Of a stretch of DNA of 64,000 bases, positions 60,359 to 64,000 are shown in pieces (positions within the stretch are counted from its first letter, which is position 1; each line of letters begins with the position of its first letter). The notes under the pieces are model-generated. The model saw only the letters and a list, made by a program, of their open reading frames with translations. It was not told the DNA's origin and ran no database searches. Source of the stretch: Microbotryum violaceum. Its lineage: Eukaryota. The stretch is from the NCBI GenBank assembly GCA_001244265.2, contig CDLV01000009.1, positions 1,240,001 to 1,304,000 of the forward strand. The letters are read 5' to 3'. Made by a program: the position numbers and the translations under genes.

Positions 60359-62604
60359 TCAGCATGTCTCTCGAACGTTCTCCCGATCGAACGAGGCGTA
60401 AATTATGGCCGAGAACTCCCGGAGTTCCCGCACGTCTTCCATAGCCTATCAAGGGAAGAGCGAAGAGCGAAGAACAAGAATGGTGAGTCAAACAGCCTGA
60501 GTCGCCAGTGAGACACCTCCAACTGACTTCGACGTATTCATTCGACATTCCACTCAGCACATTGTGACTGTGCTGAGCGAGAACAGGCAACAACTTGGCC
60601 AAGATCGTGCTCCTTTCAGTGACGTCTTCGAAACGACTACCTTGGCCCATCGAAGCGACGGGCGATTGGAAGGGCGCTTCCAACCCGAGGACGAGGCGCG
60701 TGAACATCGCGTCGAGCAGTCGTTGTCGCACGAGCTGACCATCGGATGAGTCGAGACAGTCCTGGGTTTCAGAGAGCAGTCGACGCAACTCGGGGTTGAT
60801 CGTCGCTGAGATGGTGGGGATCCCGCCGGCTGTGAGGGTCTTCACCTCGTCCTCGAGCGAACTGGGGAATAAGACGGCTGAGAAGCTATTCAGGGGAGCA
60901 AAGTCGAATCAGTCCCATTTTGTGAGGCAAATACCAAGATAGACTTGTCAAGTGACTTACTCGAACATCGTCCCGTCCTCATCAGTCTCGATTTGATTCC
61001 GAATCTGGCCCAACAGCGCCGACAGCTCGCCATACACAATCGGCGACTTGAGGCCCATAGGCCCCACGACCTTATTCACAGCCCGTTGTACTCGATCACC
61101 AATCAATCTCCACCCTTTGTGCAGCAACCACCAGCTGAAGGTCAGGTACTTGCGCTCCGTGTCTTTGCTAACGCCGACTTGATCCGACGTCTGTGCCTTC
61201 TCGCCGTAGAGGGCCATCTCCAGATCCCAATCGGTGCTGAAGTCGACGACAATGTCATCTTCGGCTTTGTCGAGGGTAGAAGGTGCATTGAGTGTCGACA
61301 CGACTGAGGCGACGTAAGCTGATCGACCCAGCAGCGAGAGCTGTACGTGCGTTTGCAGTGTCATCAAAGTGAGAACGTAGATTGAAGTGATAGTGCGAGT
61401 GAAGGCTGTAAATCCATACGACAAGATCAGTACATCGCACACGATCACGAATGGGTGAGAGCTCACAAAGAAGTTTGATGTCGTTCCAAAGCTCAGCTCT
61501 TGTCCGCAGCGGAAGTTTGGGTTCCGCCTCTGCTACACCCACAATTTCGGAGACTGTTGTCGGATTCTGTGCAAGTCATCTCGAAGGCAACGTGAGTCCA
61601 CACAATCAACGATACAGTAGTACCATATGACGAACCTCTTGATCCTTCTCAACGAGCTGCCCCTCCCCATTGACCACAACCTGTGCCCAACTTTTGCTCA
61701 ATCCTGCGGTAGACTCGACCATGCCGTTGTCTGTGTGCGCTGTCTCGGCGGTGGGTGCGGCAGTGTCTGATGAAGCCGAGGCCGGTTGAGGCTCTTGAGC
61801 CAGTTCCCCAGAGCTTGAAGCGTTCTGTTGGGTTTGTCCGACGGTGTAGGCCTCGGCGGCGGTGCCACTTCCACCCGCAGTCGGCTGCCCTGCTGCATGT
61901 CCCTTGACAGCTTCGGCCCAAGTCTCCGATCCCTTGTCTTCGACTTCTACGAATTCTTTCTTGGCCTGAATATCATCTACAGCCGCTGCTTCTCCGTTGT
62001 TCGCTTCCTTGACCACTTCAGCCCAAGTCCCATTCGCTTTGTGCTGCTCCTCCGACTCCCTCACCGTCGTACTCTGTTCCTTGCCTTCATTCCCTTTGAC
62101 GAGTTCAGCCCAAGTACCTTCCACTTTCTTCTTCTCAGTCTCGTTCCGTTCCTGCTCCTCCCGCTGCCGTCGTTCCGAGTCTTGCTTGGCCCGGTCGGCG
62201 ATCATCCTCAGTTCCTTCCAGCACGCGTCGACATCGTATTCGTCCAGGACCTGTCGTGCAACGGTTGGTAATAAAGCTAGTACGGTGAATTGTGAATCTT
62301 GGAGGTTGAGGTTGAATCGTTTGGAAAGACTGTCCGATCGGTAGACCGACTCGAACAGCGTCAGCTCTCGAGGTCGTCCCTTCTACCAGGATACGCGTGC
62401 CCCTTGATGATGCAGAAAAAACGAATGGCTCAACTTGTCCTTCTCGATGCCTTCGTTCCTCTGCCGTTCCGCGAACTCGCCCATCTTCTTCATCCCCCAC
62501 TGCCCGACGAGGTAAGCCCCACCGATCGTACCGACGACCCAGGTCAGACCACGACGGCGCTTTTGAAAGAAGTCTGAGGTGCCGGAGGCGAAGGATGCTA
62601 GCAT
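60359..62604 (-). CDS. PEX3: Peroxin-3
   Basis: N-terminal KRRR plus TM segment, N|LSKRFNLNLQDSQFTVLALLPT, AELWNDIKLL|..FTRTITSIY, QLSLLGR, YLTFSWWLLHKGW and EFSAIIYASF. Confidence 0.92.
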
Positions 62605-63280
62605 AGTGAGTGGCTAGGTGATGAAGGTGTGAGGAAGGGGGTTGAGTTGATCCGAGCGCCTCGACTTGGGGTTGGCTCGTTCGAAGTCGTGCAGGGTCGG
62701 GCCGGACGGCGTCACGGGCTCGGATGCAAGGGAAGTCAGGCAGGACGAGAGCTGCAAGGGGGTGTAACTAGTTGTTGAACGTGAACAGGCTTCGATCGAG
62801 CTTGTGGAGCTATTTTGAGACGGTGGGTGCTACACGTCGTCGGAAAGCACTCTTTGAACGCCTTCACGCACATCTGACAGCACCGAACCCAAGCCGAGGA
62901 AGCGCTCCCAACCCGGCAACAACCTCCCCGGCGCCGGACACCAAGTCACTCCAAGTCATACCCCAGGGACGTCATCTGACTTCTGGATGACCTTCACTGG
63001 GGCCGAACAGTATGCTGGAAATTCGACCTTGATTATTAAGGTCTGGTTTTTATTCAGATATTTCGTCGTTCTAAGGCCGGCTTTGTGAGATCAGCCTGGT
63101 GGCCGCCTGTACGACAGAGATATAAGAGGTATCGAAAAGTGAGAGAAACATTGCGGAAAAGGCGCTCGAGCTTTTAGTGGCTAAATCGGCCAGGTGAGAT
63201 GAAGAACAACACAAGGAGTAGCAAGATATCGAGTTGTTACCCAGGATTAGGATGGAGGGGTAATGTTGGGAGACACTTAA

Positions 63281-64000
63281 TTAGTAGTCGTTGGACGAGT
63301 CGTTGCGACCAGTGCCTATGAAAACGTAAAAGTGGGAAGTCAGAAATTGCTTCGAGCACTGGCCCAGGCAGGTCAGATCTCTCGAGCCTTACAGCAAGCA
63401 ATAAGGTCTATCGAGTGGAATGCAACATATCAGCAAGTAGCTCAGGTATCGAACGAATGGGCGAAAGTAGACTTACAAGGAATGACGGCGAGGAACGCCG
63501 CGGCAGTGGCGCCCCAAAGGAGCCAGAGCGCGTTGCCGTAGGCGACCTTGACACCAAGAGCGACACCACTGATGGTCGCATTGTTGATGGCGGCCTTGAC
63601 GCGCGCTAAAAGTACGGTGTAGATGATGGCACCGGCGGCAAGCAGCAAAAATGCCAAGAGGGAGACGATGGCGCCGAAGAGGAAGGCAAAGCGGTGGGCT
63701 CCGAACCCGACGAGCTTATCAGGACCAAACGTACGAATTGTAAGCTTCATCGCTCTCTTTCCGGTATGAGGAGCACTAGGGGACTGACCATGGCAAGAGC
63801 GGCAAGGACACTGCCAATGAAGACTAGGTAGTTCGCCACCTTGGTGAATCCACCGAGGTACTTGTCGTCGGAGAAAACGTTGTTTGGCAACGCCGCATCC
63901 AAAGCTTGCTCGTACTGGGTCGGCACGTCACCGAGGAGCGCAAGAGCGGGGCGGAACTCGAAACCGAACGAACGTTTGGTGCAGTAAGAGCGTTGGCTAC
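63281..64000 (-). CDS. SUR7/PalI-family tetraspan membrane protein, 5' part outside the window
   Basis: YCTKRSFGFEF loop, three TM helices, YGNALWLLWGA, and terminal exons |LIACC|TGRNDSSNDY*. Confidence 0.72.

Overview
Intron-rich, GC-rich fungal genomic DNA. Short GT-AG introns with CTRAC-type branch sites suggest a basidiomycete, probably Pucciniomycotina/Microbotryomycetes-like; the taxon is an inference. About 23 protein genes were assembled by eye. The housekeeping set is PNKP (partial), BLM10/PA200, TIM21, an SH3 protein, a CDC3-type septin, U2A', an alpha/beta hydrolase, an Abf2-like HMG protein, DHR1, a Med9-like protein, the divergent SNZ1/SNO1 vitamin B6 pair, DIC1, a MIT-domain protein, PEX3 and a partial SUR7/PalI gene. 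Secreted proteins are a polysaccharide-lyase-like protein, an expansin-like protein and a ThuA-like protein. Accessory content that the ORF track does not show: (1) a three-copy birth-and-death cluster of a secreted beta-jelly-roll lyase-like family at 10.3-14.3 kb, including an apparent 1-nt intron slide; (2) an internally deleted Helitron with a second, opposite-facing Helitron-like 3' end at 16.6-19.1 kb; (3) a 267-bp MITE with TIRs and a TSD at 34.56-34.83 kb; (4) a decayed island at 48.3-51.5 kb carrying a divergent FEN1/XPG-superfamily nuclease pseudogene. No tRNA, rRNA or CRISPR array was seen. Exon boundaries are manual and approximate, and family calls rest on remembered motifs, not database searches.
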